Notes: generated from the letters alone by a model not told the origin. A DNA stretch of 64,000 nt from an uncultured virus (IMG/VR IMGVR_UViG_3300008108_000012) (IMGVR_UViG_3300008108_000012); one strand, 5' to 3'. Shown: positions 34,517-43,294, counted from the first letter of the stretch. Numbers and translations: made by a program.

Positions 34517-36874
34517 CTACCAGCCTCTAACGACGTTGCTCATTGCGTCCAGTGCTGCCACTGTCAACTTTGAAGCCTCGAATATTTTCAGACCAGAGTC
34601 CACGGCGACAACACTAATTCGATGATAGTCCGCTACGGGGTCAATAAGTGACTTGAATTCGTAGATGTACTCAACTGGCATCTCAAGCAGCAACGAGTCA
34701 ATGTCACGACTATTGACATTTTGTGCACTTTTTATATTGATGTCGTGATTTTCCGAAACAGTCATATAGACGGCATACGTGTCTGCTTTGCCTCGTGAAG
34801 CCATGTACTGGCGGCGGAGCAGCTCCATCATCTGTTTACGTATTTCTTCTCTGCGACGCTGTCCTGCTGGGACCGCAGGGCGCTGTGGCTGCGGAACCGA
34901 TGGGGCTGGTGCTGGAGTCGGTCTAGATGGAGTTCTGTCCGGATTTGGTTTAGGAATACGAGTTGGCTCTGGTACTGGTATCTCTTCCGGAATCTCGATT
35001 GGCTCATCGGTACGCGGCATTCGTGGCATCATGTCACGTCTACCAGCAGGGACTGCAGGACGCTGCGGTTGAGGAACAGAGGGTGCTGGGGCCGGCGCTG
35101 GCCTAGAAGGCGTTCTGTCTGGATTTGGCTTAGGGATACGAGTTGGTTCTGGGACCGGGATTTCTTCAGGTATCTCGATTGGCTCGTCAGTCCTTGGCAT
35201 TCTTGGCTTGTATGGAATATTGTCCCTACCGTCTCGGCCGGTCATGAAACCGTCACCATCTCCGTCAAACACAGAAGGTTTTACAAGTTTTCTTGCTCTT
35301 TTTGCTGTTGACCTAGCACTCCTGCCAAAAGCAAACTTTTCTGCAATCCCATCCATTGCCGTGACAAGTGCATCTGATGCGCCCTCGCCATACCAGTCAA
35401 TGTTTGGCACAGCAAAGCCGTCGGACAGAAGCTCAACATCAAACCCGTGATGAAACCCTATTTCCTGAGCGGCTTGATACATGTCCATATCCGCTGTCTT
35501 GATAAACAAGTGCACGCCAGGATTATCAGACTTAAAGTCGTTCCATGATTTCATCTGATTTGTCGAGCAAGAGCCGCCACAAGAACCACCACATTGGCAT
35601 TCTGATTTTGCGCCCCCGCAGGAGCCTCCACAACCACAGCCATGCGGCTTTGATGGCAAATCTATGCCAGACACCCTGCTACCCATTGACCCGTCAACGG
35701 GAATGTATACAACCTCTTGACGCACTTTGGTTGCTGGGCCAAACATGAAGTCCACCTCATTGGGGGTGTGGTAACTGGCCCTAAGGGTTTCTGTTGCTCC
35801 GTCTTTAGCGAGGTCGAATACCACCATGTTTTCGTCGGCGCTTCGTATGACGACTTCGCCACCGAAATGCATTCCTATGCCTCGTGCAAGTCCGCCCATT
35901 CTCCCGGAAGATGGATTTGACATTCCTGCGGCCTGTGGTGCGTAAATCAACGCATGGTTTTTTGAATCAACATCGGCGTCAAGCGATTTTTCTTTCGAGT
36001 TTTCGTATCTTTCCAGAAGGCGACGACCCTTTGCTGCAAGAGCAGCGGCGTCAGACCTATCTTGCGGCACAGGCTCACCCCATGCTGCCGCAGATAGAGC
36101 CAGTCTCGTTGGCTTGCCTTTGTCGTCTTTCATTGGGCCAGAAGGGTTTGTAAAGAATCTCGTCAGGAACGAACCTTTGCGTCTCATCTTCTCAGGAGTG
36201 TTGGCTGGGCCTTTTACTCCTGGTTTCAGGTTTGCACCTTCCGTGCGCTTAAAGTGTGCTCGACCAGCAGCAGTCAGTCCACCACTGGGGTCCTTTAATT
36301 TTGAACCTTTTTCTGAATAATTATCCTTCTGGTTCTCAGACTTAATCGACAGCGTTGCAGTTAGCTGGTTTGCTCCGTGGAGTACTGGAGACACCTCATA
36401 GAGTTCTACTTCTTTTAGAAGGTTTGCCTGCTGGCCATTGTCATATACTGCGTCAAGGGTTTTGTAGCCTATTGACCACTCTTGCTCAAGACCAAAAAAA
36501 GCTACGTTGGCAAATGCTTCTTTGCCTTTTTCTGCACCAAGATTAAACTGCACTTTGGCAAATAGGCCGCCAACACCCCTCTGCTTCATCTTCTGAGGGA
36601 GGCGCGGGTCGTTTGGCCCGACCTCATATATTTCAAGAACCTTGCCGATTGGCTCATTCCAGTTATGTCCCCATACGACACGAGGCTTCCGTCGCTTAAG
36701 GCTTTCGGTAAAACATCCTGGTAGACAAATGTCGCCGACACTGTCCTTGTTTCCCAAAGCGGCAACGAAGCACTCAACAACGCCCTTAGCCTCGTTTACA
36801 TTTATTTGACCTGAAAGTGACTTGTAGTTAGTTTCAGTAAAGTCACGACTTTCAGTAAAGTTGCTGAAGTGCAT
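34517..36874 (-). CDS. HK97-family prohead (maturation) protease with long C-terminal extension (DUF6321-like domain, Cys/Gly tract, Pro-rich tandem repeat)
   Basis: GNKDSVGD...VVWGHNWNEPIGK...EWSIGY...LYEVSPVLHGAN carries the His/Ser catalytic motifs of peptidase S78; directly downstream of the portal. Confidence 0.92.
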   Translation of the reverse strand: MHFSNFTESRDFTETNYKSLSGQINVNEAKGVVECFVAALGNKDSVGDICLPGCFTESLKRRKPRVVWGHNWNEPIGKVLEIYEVGPNDPRLPQKMKQRGVGGLFAKVQFNLGAEKGKEAFANVAFFGLEQEWSIGYKTLDAVYDNGQQANLLKEVELYEVSPVLHGANQLTATLSIKSENQKDNYSEKGSKLKDPSGGLTAAGRAHFKRTEGANLKPGVKGPANTPEKMRRKGSFLTRFFTNPSGPMKDDKGKPTRLALSAAAWGEPVPQDRSDAAALAAKGRRLLERYENSKEKSLDADVDSKNHALIYAPQAAGMSNPSSGRMGGLARGIGMHFGGEVVIRSADENMVVFDLAKDGATETLRASYHTPNEVDFMFGPATKVRQEVVYIPVDGSMGSRVSGIDLPSKPHGCGCGGSCGGAKSECQCGGSCGGSCSTNQMKSWNDFKSDNPGVHLFIKTADMDMYQAAQEIGFHHGFDVELLSDGFAVPNIDWYGEGASDALVTAMDGIAEKFAFGRSARSTAKRARKLVKPSVFDGDGDGFMTGRDGRDNIPYKPRMPRTDEPIEIPEEIPVPEPTRIPKPNPDRTPSRPAPAPAPSVPQPQRPAVPAGRRDMMPRMPRTDEPIEIPEEIPVPEPTRIPKPNPDRTPSRPTPAPAPSVPQPQRPAVPAGQRRREEIRKQMMELLRRQYMASRGKADTYAVYMTVSENHDINIKSAQNVNSRDIDSLLLEMPVEYIYEFKSLIDPVADYHRISVVAVDSGLKIFEASKLTVAALDAMSNVVRGW
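34862..35206 (-). repeat. Two copies of a 55-codon Pro-rich unit (period 180 nt) inside the protease gene
   Basis: PRMPRTDEPIEIPEEIPVPEPTRIPKPNPDRTPSRP(A/T)PAPAPSVPQPQRPAVPAG at 35042-35206 and 34862-35026. Confidence 0.95.
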
Positions 36875-36964
36875 TTAAAATAGCCTTTCGACGTTCACCT
36901 ACTAAATAATAATCTGTCGACACCGTCTTGCGGTATAAGAAATTGCGTACTTTACTGTAAGTCG

Positions 36965-39253
36965 TCAGTCAACACTGAACCGAAGCTTGCAGCGACAGTT
37001 CATTGTCAAATGAGGAGGCGCAAGTGGGTCTCCGGGGAATCTAAGTGTTTCCTGACCCAAGGCGAAATCATCCATCACGTCAACGGTTTTATTTTCGAGC
37101 AACTTGTGCTCTCCTCTTACCTTTGCGTCTTTACGGGTGACCCATGTTTTTGTTGTTGCGCCAGATTGGCGTGCGCCAAAATATGTTCCGGCGTTATACG
37201 AGCTTTGCGCTTCATGCTCGGCAATAGACCTCTTGCGCTTAGCCAAGATATTTATGAATATTGCAGACAAAGCAGCCTTCAACATTCCAACCCTGTCCTC
37301 ATCGTCCGATAGCGCCAAGGCAATCAATATTGCTGATGCGACTTCGTCTTTTGTGGTGTTGTTGGCTTTGCGCACTCTTAGCATTTGAGCGTCAATTAGC
37401 TCTTTAACCTCATCGTCGCCCATGTCGACGGGGATTCCAGTTTGTTCGGATGCAAGCTGTGATGCGTCTTTTACGATTCCTGACAAAATAGGTCGTATAT
37501 CGTCTTCAATTTGTTTGTCCCAAACTGCTGTGTCGTAAATTGAATCAACAGAAAGATTTCCAGAATCTATGGCTTTTTTAGATTTTGCACCCATTGCTTT
37601 TTCAAGGACAACACGTTGCTGCCTTTCGAAGAATCTTTCTAGGGTTCTATCAAGTATTTCCGTCCACGTATCGGATGATTGGTCGGCTTTGAATTCCCAA
37701 TCGTTGCGTATCTCTGCGGACTTGGCTTGCATCTCCTTATCAAAAGCAGACAGTGCGCTTGGCGATGCCATTGTCGGCATTTGTGGCTGCTGTGATGCTT
37801 CTGCATTCAACGTGGCAGTCATGCCTTCTTGTGGCTGGCCGGCGTTCAAGTTGATTATTTCTGCTGGGATAGAACCCATTTCAGGCATGGCTGGTTGTCC
37901 CTCTGCGCCAGGAGCGCCAGGAGGAGGTGCCTGAGGCATCATCCCTGCTGCAGCAACGCCAGGCATTCCTGGCTGGCCCATCATTGCCGCTTGCTGCTGT
38001 GCCTGCTCTTGAGAATCAAATCTTCTGTCCGTATAACCAATTGGCGTCAGGTTCGGGTTTGCCAACATTGCCTGCATAAGGTCTGAGTCAACCCTCTTGC
38101 GCCCTGTCTCTGCTCTGTATTCATTTCCGCTAATCAGGCCATTTTGGAATTCGTCCAAGAGGTAGCGTTCGCGTTCTTGCTTATACAGAATAAGAATGGG
38201 AACATCAGATGTATCAAAGTCGATGTAATGGTCTGGGTCGAGTTCGTCTAATCCTCTGGCAATTAGCTCCAAATGAGGCAACAGTGTCTCGTTCCAGAAA
38301 ACCCGATGTTCTTCGCCGGCGTTGCTGAAAGTCCTTCCAGATGCATTCCCAATTACGGACTCAGGAACACCAAAAGCAGCAAGTATTTCTTCTTTGGTGA
38401 TTTGACGCATCTGTATGTAGTTGGCGTCTCTCGGGCTTGCGCCAGTGTCTACATAGTCGACACCTTCGTCGGAAGAAACAACAGTAATCGCACCAGCGCG
38501 ATTGACGTTACCCCTAAATCGAGCACGCAATTCGTCTTTGTCGTCGTCGTCAATCTCACCACGAACGACAATCATTCCACCCGGACGACCGTCATTAAGC
38601 AGGAAGTTTCTGTTGTAAATTTTTGAGAGATTCTCAATCTCTATGGCAATCCCTGCTGATTCAAGCGGCGTCAGGGACAGATACGGGTCTAAAGGATGTG
38701 GCTTTCTAATCCAGATGACATCCTTCGGTGGCAACGTAATTTTGGTGCCGTTTCGCATGTCAACTTCAAATCCGGCGACAAATTTCTTTGGGTCCGGTAT
38801 TGGTGCAGTGTGCTGTGGGGGTAGAAGCTGTAGAGCAACAACTGAGCCATCTTTACCGCGAACTTTTTCGATAAATGCTCCGCGTGAAGAAAGAAGCAAC
38901 TGGGACGAAAGGCGATACCGGAAGACAAAAGAATTTTCACCCATATTGGACTTGGTGTTCAATATGTCCAATATTGTGTTGTTTCGGTTGTCGGTGATTA
39001 TTTTCCCTGAAGGGGAATTGTCTTTTCTGAGAATTACCGGCAGGCGCGATTGGTTTCCTGCAATAGCATCAATGCACCTTGTTACCCAAGTTACCTTGGA
39101 CATTCCCTCTCGGTAAGCCCGTTCGATGTCCCACGAATCTCGATATGGCTTTCCGGCGATGCCGGTATTGAACGCCACTGGCGCTCCCGGTGTTAAAATA
39201 GATTTTTGAGAGCCGGACTGTAAAGCCTTGTCGCTACCGGAGTTCCACGCCAT
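36965..39253 (-). CDS. Portal protein (HK97 family) fused to a C-terminal MuF / SPP1 gp7-like minor head domain
   Basis: WVTRCIDAIA..GAFIEKVR..LTPLESA..NFLLNDGRPGGMI..EEILAAFGVP..ISGNEYR; C-terminal KTWVTRKDAKVRGEH...FPGDP...NCRC. Confidence 0.92.
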   Translation of the reverse strand: MAWNSGSDKALQSGSQKSILTPGAPVAFNTGIAGKPYRDSWDIERAYREGMSKVTWVTRCIDAIAGNQSRLPVILRKDNSPSGKIITDNRNNTILDILNTKSNMGENSFVFRYRLSSQLLLSSRGAFIEKVRGKDGSVVALQLLPPQHTAPIPDPKKFVAGFEVDMRNGTKITLPPKDVIWIRKPHPLDPYLSLTPLESAGIAIEIENLSKIYNRNFLLNDGRPGGMIVVRGEIDDDDKDELRARFRGNVNRAGAITVVSSDEGVDYVDTGASPRDANYIQMRQITKEEILAAFGVPESVIGNASGRTFSNAGEEHRVFWNETLLPHLELIARGLDELDPDHYIDFDTSDVPILILYKQERERYLLDEFQNGLISGNEYRAETGRKRVDSDLMQAMLANPNLTPIGYTDRRFDSQEQAQQQAAMMGQPGMPGVAAAGMMPQAPPPGAPGAEGQPAMPEMGSIPAEIINLNAGQPQEGMTATLNAEASQQPQMPTMASPSALSAFDKEMQAKSAEIRNDWEFKADQSSDTWTEILDRTLERFFERQQRVVLEKAMGAKSKKAIDSGNLSVDSIYDTAVWDKQIEDDIRPILSGIVKDASQLASEQTGIPVDMGDDEVKELIDAQMLRVRKANNTTKDEVASAILIALALSDDEDRVGMLKAALSAIFINILAKRKRSIAEHEAQSSYNAGTYFGARQSGATTKTWVTRKDAKVRGEHKLLENKTVDVMDDFALGQETLRFPGDPLAPPHLTMNCRCKLRFSVD

Positions 39254-39264
39254 ATTTACCTAAT

Positions 39265-39456
39265 TTACTCTAGACCCAAAAGCAAGCCCAATAGGCCACA
39301 AGACACACCGAGGGTTATGAAGCCCACGGACACGTCAATAAAAAATGCGCCAATCGATGTCATAATTATAAATGACGCCATCATTAAATTGGCGGCTGCT
39401 GCTCTGGACCTTCTTTTTTTGATAAATGCTATGACTGAAACTAGCCGTTGCTTCAC
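39265..39456 (-). CDS. Small membrane protein upstream of portal
   Basis: Basic N-terminus and two hydrophobic segments; a position commonly occupied by a small membrane protein in HK97-like head operons. Confidence 0.6.
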   Translation of the reverse strand: MKQRLVSVIAFIKKRRSRAAAANLMMASFIIMTSIGAFFIDVSVGFITLGVSCGLLGLLLGLE

Positions 39457-39513
39457 TGTTGCGACCTTCTTTGCACTTGCACAAACCTATACTAGTCATA
39501 CCACTTGCTTGCG

Positions 39514-39519
39514 TAGGAT
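39514..39519 (+). promoter_or_regulatory. Putative -10 element (TAGGAT) for a leaderless terminase transcript
   Basis: TAnnnT hexamer exactly 6 nt before the GTG start, no clear SD; same geometry at 43781 and 44321. Confidence 0.45.
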
Positions 39520-39525
39520 ATAGAT

Positions 39526-40830
39526 GTGACTAATTGGAATGAAATATTAGAATACCTGCAGCCTAAGGCTCCACTGTTCTGCCCAGAGGAACCTTCGCTA
39601 ACGCAGAAAGTCTTCTTGAGGACAATGACCCTGGAAGCCCTATTTGGTGGCGCAGCAGGTGGAGGTAAAAGCTCAGCACTCCTCATGTCTGCCCTTCAAT
39701 ATGTTGACGTTCCTGGCTACTCGGCGATTTTGTTTAGACGTACATATGCGGACTTGTCCCTCCCTGGAGCCCTCATGGACCGCTTCCGTTCATGGATATC
39801 AACCCAGGACGACATCCATTGGAACGCAAACCAATATGTAGCCACATTCCCCTCTGGGGCCAGAATTTCCTTCGGGTATCTCAACAACACCAACGACTAC
39901 CTCAGATACAAGGGTTCGGAATTCCAGTTCATCGGCATGGACGAAGTCACCGAAATCCGCGAGTCTGATTACAGATACCTTTTCTCTCGCTTGCGCCGTC
40001 CTGCCAACGGCGAACTATCTAAGGTCCCTTTGCGAATGCGGGCAGCATCAAACCCAGCGCCCAATTGGGTTCGTCAACGGTTTATCGTAGAAGGCCAAGA
40101 CACCGGCAGGATATTTGTTCCATCAATGTTGACGGATAACCCAGGAATTGACGCAGAGTCTTACCGTATGGCCCTGTCCGCCCTGGACCCCATAGAGCGC
40201 AGAAGGCTGGAAATGGGTGACTGGTGGGCAACGACGCTAGGTACGTTGTTTGACAGAACTGACTTCCCAATCATTGACCACCATGAAGTGCCACAAGTCA
40301 CATCTGCGGCCAGGGCTGTTAGGTTTTGGGACATGGCAGCAACAGAACCAAGCCACTCGAACCCAAATCCAGACTGGACAGTTGGGACGTTGATGCTGTT
40401 TGACCAGGGAATTGCTTACGTTTTAGACGTAAAGCGCGCACGTGTCAAGAACGAAAAGGTTGAGCAGCTTATTGCGCAAACAGCCGCAGAAGACGGGCAC
40501 ACGGTTTCTATACGGATGGAGCAAGAACCAGGTTCATCAGGCAAGGCTCTGATTGACCAGTATGCCCGCTATGTACTTCCAGGCTATGACTTTCAGGGAA
40601 TCCGTTCTACTGGAGACAAATTCACAAGAGCAAGACCTTTTGCCGCCGCCGCAGCCAATGGCAATGTCCGTCTCGTGAGGTCCAGTTGGATATCCGACTG
40701 GCTAGATGAAGTTTCCTCATTCCCCGAGGCATGCGACCACGACGACCAAGTTGACTCTGCAGTTGGGGCTTTTACATATTTAGCCGGATTGGGGTTGCCA
40801 CAACGCAGACCTATGGCTATACTCATCTAA
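39526..40830 (+). CDS. terL: Terminase large subunit
   Basis: Walker A FGGAAGGGKS, Walker B FIGMDE, coupling motif ASNP, nuclease RFWDMAAT and HDDQVDS. Confidence 0.95.
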   Translation: MTNWNEILEYLQPKAPLFCPEEPSLTQKVFLRTMTLEALFGGAAGGGKSSALLMSALQYVDVPGYSAILFRRTYADLSLPGALMDRFRSWISTQDDIHWNANQYVATFPSGARISFGYLNNTNDYLRYKGSEFQFIGMDEVTEIRESDYRYLFSRLRRPANGELSKVPLRMRAASNPAPNWVRQRFIVEGQDTGRIFVPSMLTDNPGIDAESYRMALSALDPIERRRLEMGDWWATTLGTLFDRTDFPIIDHHEVPQVTSAARAVRFWDMAATEPSHSNPNPDWTVGTLMLFDQGIAYVLDVKRARVKNEKVEQLIAQTAAEDGHTVSIRMEQEPGSSGKALIDQYARYVLPGYDFQGIRSTGDKFTRARPFAAAAANGNVRLVRSSWISDWLDEVSSFPEACDHDDQVDSAVGAFTYLAGLGLPQRRPMAILI

Positions 40831-40861
40831 ACCAACCCCTAACTAACTAAGTAGGAGAAAT

Positions 40862-41377
40862 ATGACAAGCGAAGGGAAAACGCCTGATTGGCGTTCCATC
40901 GTCGACGAACTGAACTCAAAAATCAGTGCTGCCGACACAATGATGTCAGAGCTTAAAAACTCTGGCACAGACATGAACGAGATTGCTGAATATGTATCTG
41001 CTCTTCATGCTGTTAAGGCTGACGTTGCAATCGTGTACGACAGTGCGTGTGGCGTCCTCAGTTCAGTTATGCGTTCAGTGCCAGAGATGGTTCTGAGCGA
41101 TGGGACAAAAATAGAAAAGCGCGCAGCAGCAGACCGTAAGAAGTGGCAGCACGAAAGCATCGCTCAGAACGTCGCGAGTCGCATTAGTGATATGGCGGTT
41201 GACCTCGAGACTGGTGAAGTAGTCATGACACCTCAGGACATGATGGTGAAAATGTTGGACTACTGTGCGCCGTCATATTGGCGTGTCAAGGAGCTTGCAA
41301 AAATCGGTATTAATGCCGATAAGTTCTGTGACGTATCCGAATCCAAAGAAAGCATCATCGTACGGAGAGCAAAATAA
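40862..41377 (+). CDS. Hypothetical protein (171 aa)
   Basis: AGGAG RBS; TAATG coupling to the SSAP gene. Confidence 0.8.
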   Translation: MTSEGKTPDWRSIVDELNSKISAADTMMSELKNSGTDMNEIAEYVSALHAVKADVAIVYDSACGVLSSVMRSVPEMVLSDGTKIEKRAAADRKKWQHESIAQNVASRISDMAVDLETGEVVMTPQDMMVKMLDYCAPSYWRVKELAKIGINADKFCDVSESKESIIVRRAK

Positions 41378-42045
41378 TGTTGTATCAAGACCTATCAGCA
41401 CCCTTCCCACCAGAAATGGAGCGCGAGCTTCGTAAAGGGGGGACATCCCTTGTCTATATTCCTGTCAGCGAGGTGATTACTCGTTTAAACAAAGTTATTG
41501 GCGTCGATTCCTGGTCAATGCGCATCATCAGCTGTGAGCGCGACAAAATCGATAGCGATTTCATAGTTGCCCATGTATCCCTTGATGCTGTCATCAAAGA
41601 TGAAAAAGGTGATACCCGTGTAATCCATCGTGACGGCATTGGTGGGCAGAAAATAAAGCGCACCAAGCAGGGAGACATTGTCGACCTTGGCGATGAAATG
41701 AAAGGCGCTGTTTCTGACGCACTAAAGAAAGCCGCTCAAACATTGGGGATAGGCCTGTATCTTGCTCGCTCGGAAGACGCCATGGAGATTGAAGAAGTAA
41801 TCGCTGCTTCTCAAGCACCAGTATCGGCAGGAGAAGCAGAGCGTCTTGAGTTGTGGGACAACTTTATGGGGCTTGCTAAGTCTCTTAATGCAGAGCAGAA
41901 AGAGCAACTCAACACTCATTGGAAGCAATACAGTGGTGGCCGCGCAAAGCCGACAAAAGCATCTGCCAGCATAGACGAACTTACGGAACTGATTGCCGCA
42001 TGTGTCCAAGTTTCTTTTGGCGTAATGGAGCAAAGCGATGAGTGA
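41377..42045 (+). CDS. Rad52/Rad22-family single-strand annealing protein (Sak-like)
   Basis: LVYIPVSEVITRLNKVIG..RDGIG..KGAVSDALKKAAQTLGIGLYL. Confidence 0.88.
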   Translation: MLYQDLSAPFPPEMERELRKGGTSLVYIPVSEVITRLNKVIGVDSWSMRIISCERDKIDSDFIVAHVSLDAVIKDEKGDTRVIHRDGIGGQKIKRTKQGDIVDLGDEMKGAVSDALKKAAQTLGIGLYLARSEDAMEIEEVIAASQAPVSAGEAERLELWDNFMGLAKSLNAEQKEQLNTHWKQYSGGRAKPTKASASIDELTELIAACVQVSFGVMEQSDE

Positions 42046-42811
42046 GGCTGGCTCACTACCCGAGCACCTATCGGCATCATCTATCTCAACATTCCAGCAA
42101 TGTCCGTTGAAGTTCAAGCTATCGCGTGTCGACAAGCACTCTGAACCTCCGACAATCCATACCTTGATGGGGAACTTTGTTCACGAGGTTCTTGAGAACA
42201 TGTACCGTGATTTTCCGCCAGAAGAACGACACATACGAACAGCAAAAATGTTATGTACCACAACATGGGAATCCGGAGAGTGGGAGTCGCGGGTTAAGCC
42301 GTATTTAGGGAAAACAACCTTAAATGAATTCCGCTGGTCGTGTTGGTGGTGCGTAGAAAATCTTTTCGATATGGAAGACCCATCATCCCTGTTCCCAGAT
42401 GGCGTTGAGTATGAACTAAACGACGACATAGATGGCGTTCTTGTAAAAGGTTTTATCGACAGATGGCATCGACTGTCTCTCACCGAAGCGCGAATTACAG
42501 ACTACAAAACTGGCAAAACCCCCAATCCACGGTACGCCAAGGACAAGTTTTTTCAGCTAACTCTGTACGCAGCAATGTTGGAAAAACTAGAGAACATAGA
42601 TACATTTGAACTAGAACTTCTATATTTAAAAGACGGCGCTCGACTTACCCACAAGCCGACAAAAGCCGAAGTAGAAGCAGTAAAAGAAACTGTAGTAACA
42701 GTAAGAAGGGAAATAGAAAACTGTCATGCCAACGATGACTGGAAGCCACAGCCAACACCATTATGTAACTGGTGCATCTTCAAGCAAGGACTATGCACGT
42801 ATTGGAATTGA
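42038..42811 (+). CDS. PD-(D/E)xK RecB/Cas4-like exonuclease with putative Fe-S cysteines
   Basis: LSASSISTFQQCP..GNFVHEVLE..GFIDR..ITDYKTGK..QLTLYA..LCNWCIFKQGLC. Confidence 0.9.
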   Translation: MSEAGSLPEHLSASSISTFQQCPLKFKLSRVDKHSEPPTIHTLMGNFVHEVLENMYRDFPPEERHIRTAKMLCTTTWESGEWESRVKPYLGKTTLNEFRWSCWWCVENLFDMEDPSSLFPDGVEYELNDDIDGVLVKGFIDRWHRLSLTEARITDYKTGKTPNPRYAKDKFFQLTLYAAMLEKLENIDTFELELLYLKDGARLTHKPTKAEVEAVKETVVTVRREIENCHANDDWKPQPTPLCNWCIFKQGLCTYWN

Positions 42812-42812
42812 A

Positions 42813-43292
42813 ATGAATGATGACGCATTTGCACGTATTGTCGCTGACGACGTAAAGAATAAAGCCAGCATTAGCCAACGCGAGTATCTGGAGATGCCGG
42901 CTAATCGCGAGAGATGGAAGAAGGCGCTTTCTGCGCTCATCAATAATCTAGATGACCAAATCTCTGATTTGCTCGACGATGAAGATTCTGACCGTGAGCG
43001 CTATGAGCGCATGGGCAGCGCTGGCGCTGGGTTACTCGCAGAAGCAATCGCCACATACGGTTCACGCCGCCACAAGGTTGAGCGTTTCAAGCACTATGTC
43101 CAATCGAAGCTTGACCGTGTTTGTTCAATGCCGGAGACGGTGGAATTCATTTCCCGCACTGAGCTTTTTGAAAAAGCAATCCTTGAGCACAAACGCTTAA
43201 TGGACGAATTTGATATGGAGCCATCTGCTGCTGACGAGGCTCTATGGGCAACTCTTGATGGCAAATGGGAGTTCGACGGCGTTACTATGTAG
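42813..43292 (+). CDS. Hypothetical protein (~159 aa)
   Basis: Start moved to ATG 42813, just after the nuclease stop; helical, charged protein. Confidence 0.7.
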   Translation: MNDDAFARIVADDVKNKASISQREYLEMPANRERWKKALSALINNLDDQISDLLDDEDSDRERYERMGSAGAGLLAEAIATYGSRRHKVERFKHYVQSKLDRVCSMPETVEFISRTELFEKAILEHKRLMDEFDMEPSAADEALWATLDGKWEFDGVTM

Positions 43293-43294
43293 CC

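Noticed and set aside
1249..35911. ISGRM copies as a DNA repeat (recombination site, CRISPR-like repeat or operator)
   Set aside because: Nucleotide sequences differ at synonymous positions (TCN/AGY Ser, CGN/AGR Arg), are always in the coding frame and are irregularly spaced; only the peptide is conserved.
740..39116. Many short plus-strand ORFs over the head operon (and minus-strand ORFs over the tail operon)
   Set aside because: They lie wholly antisense to long, motif-bearing genes and lack recognisable motifs.
42038..42811. Cas4 as evidence of a CRISPR-Cas system
   Set aside because: No array or other cas genes were seen; its position beside a Rad52-like SSAP fits a phage recombination exonuclease.
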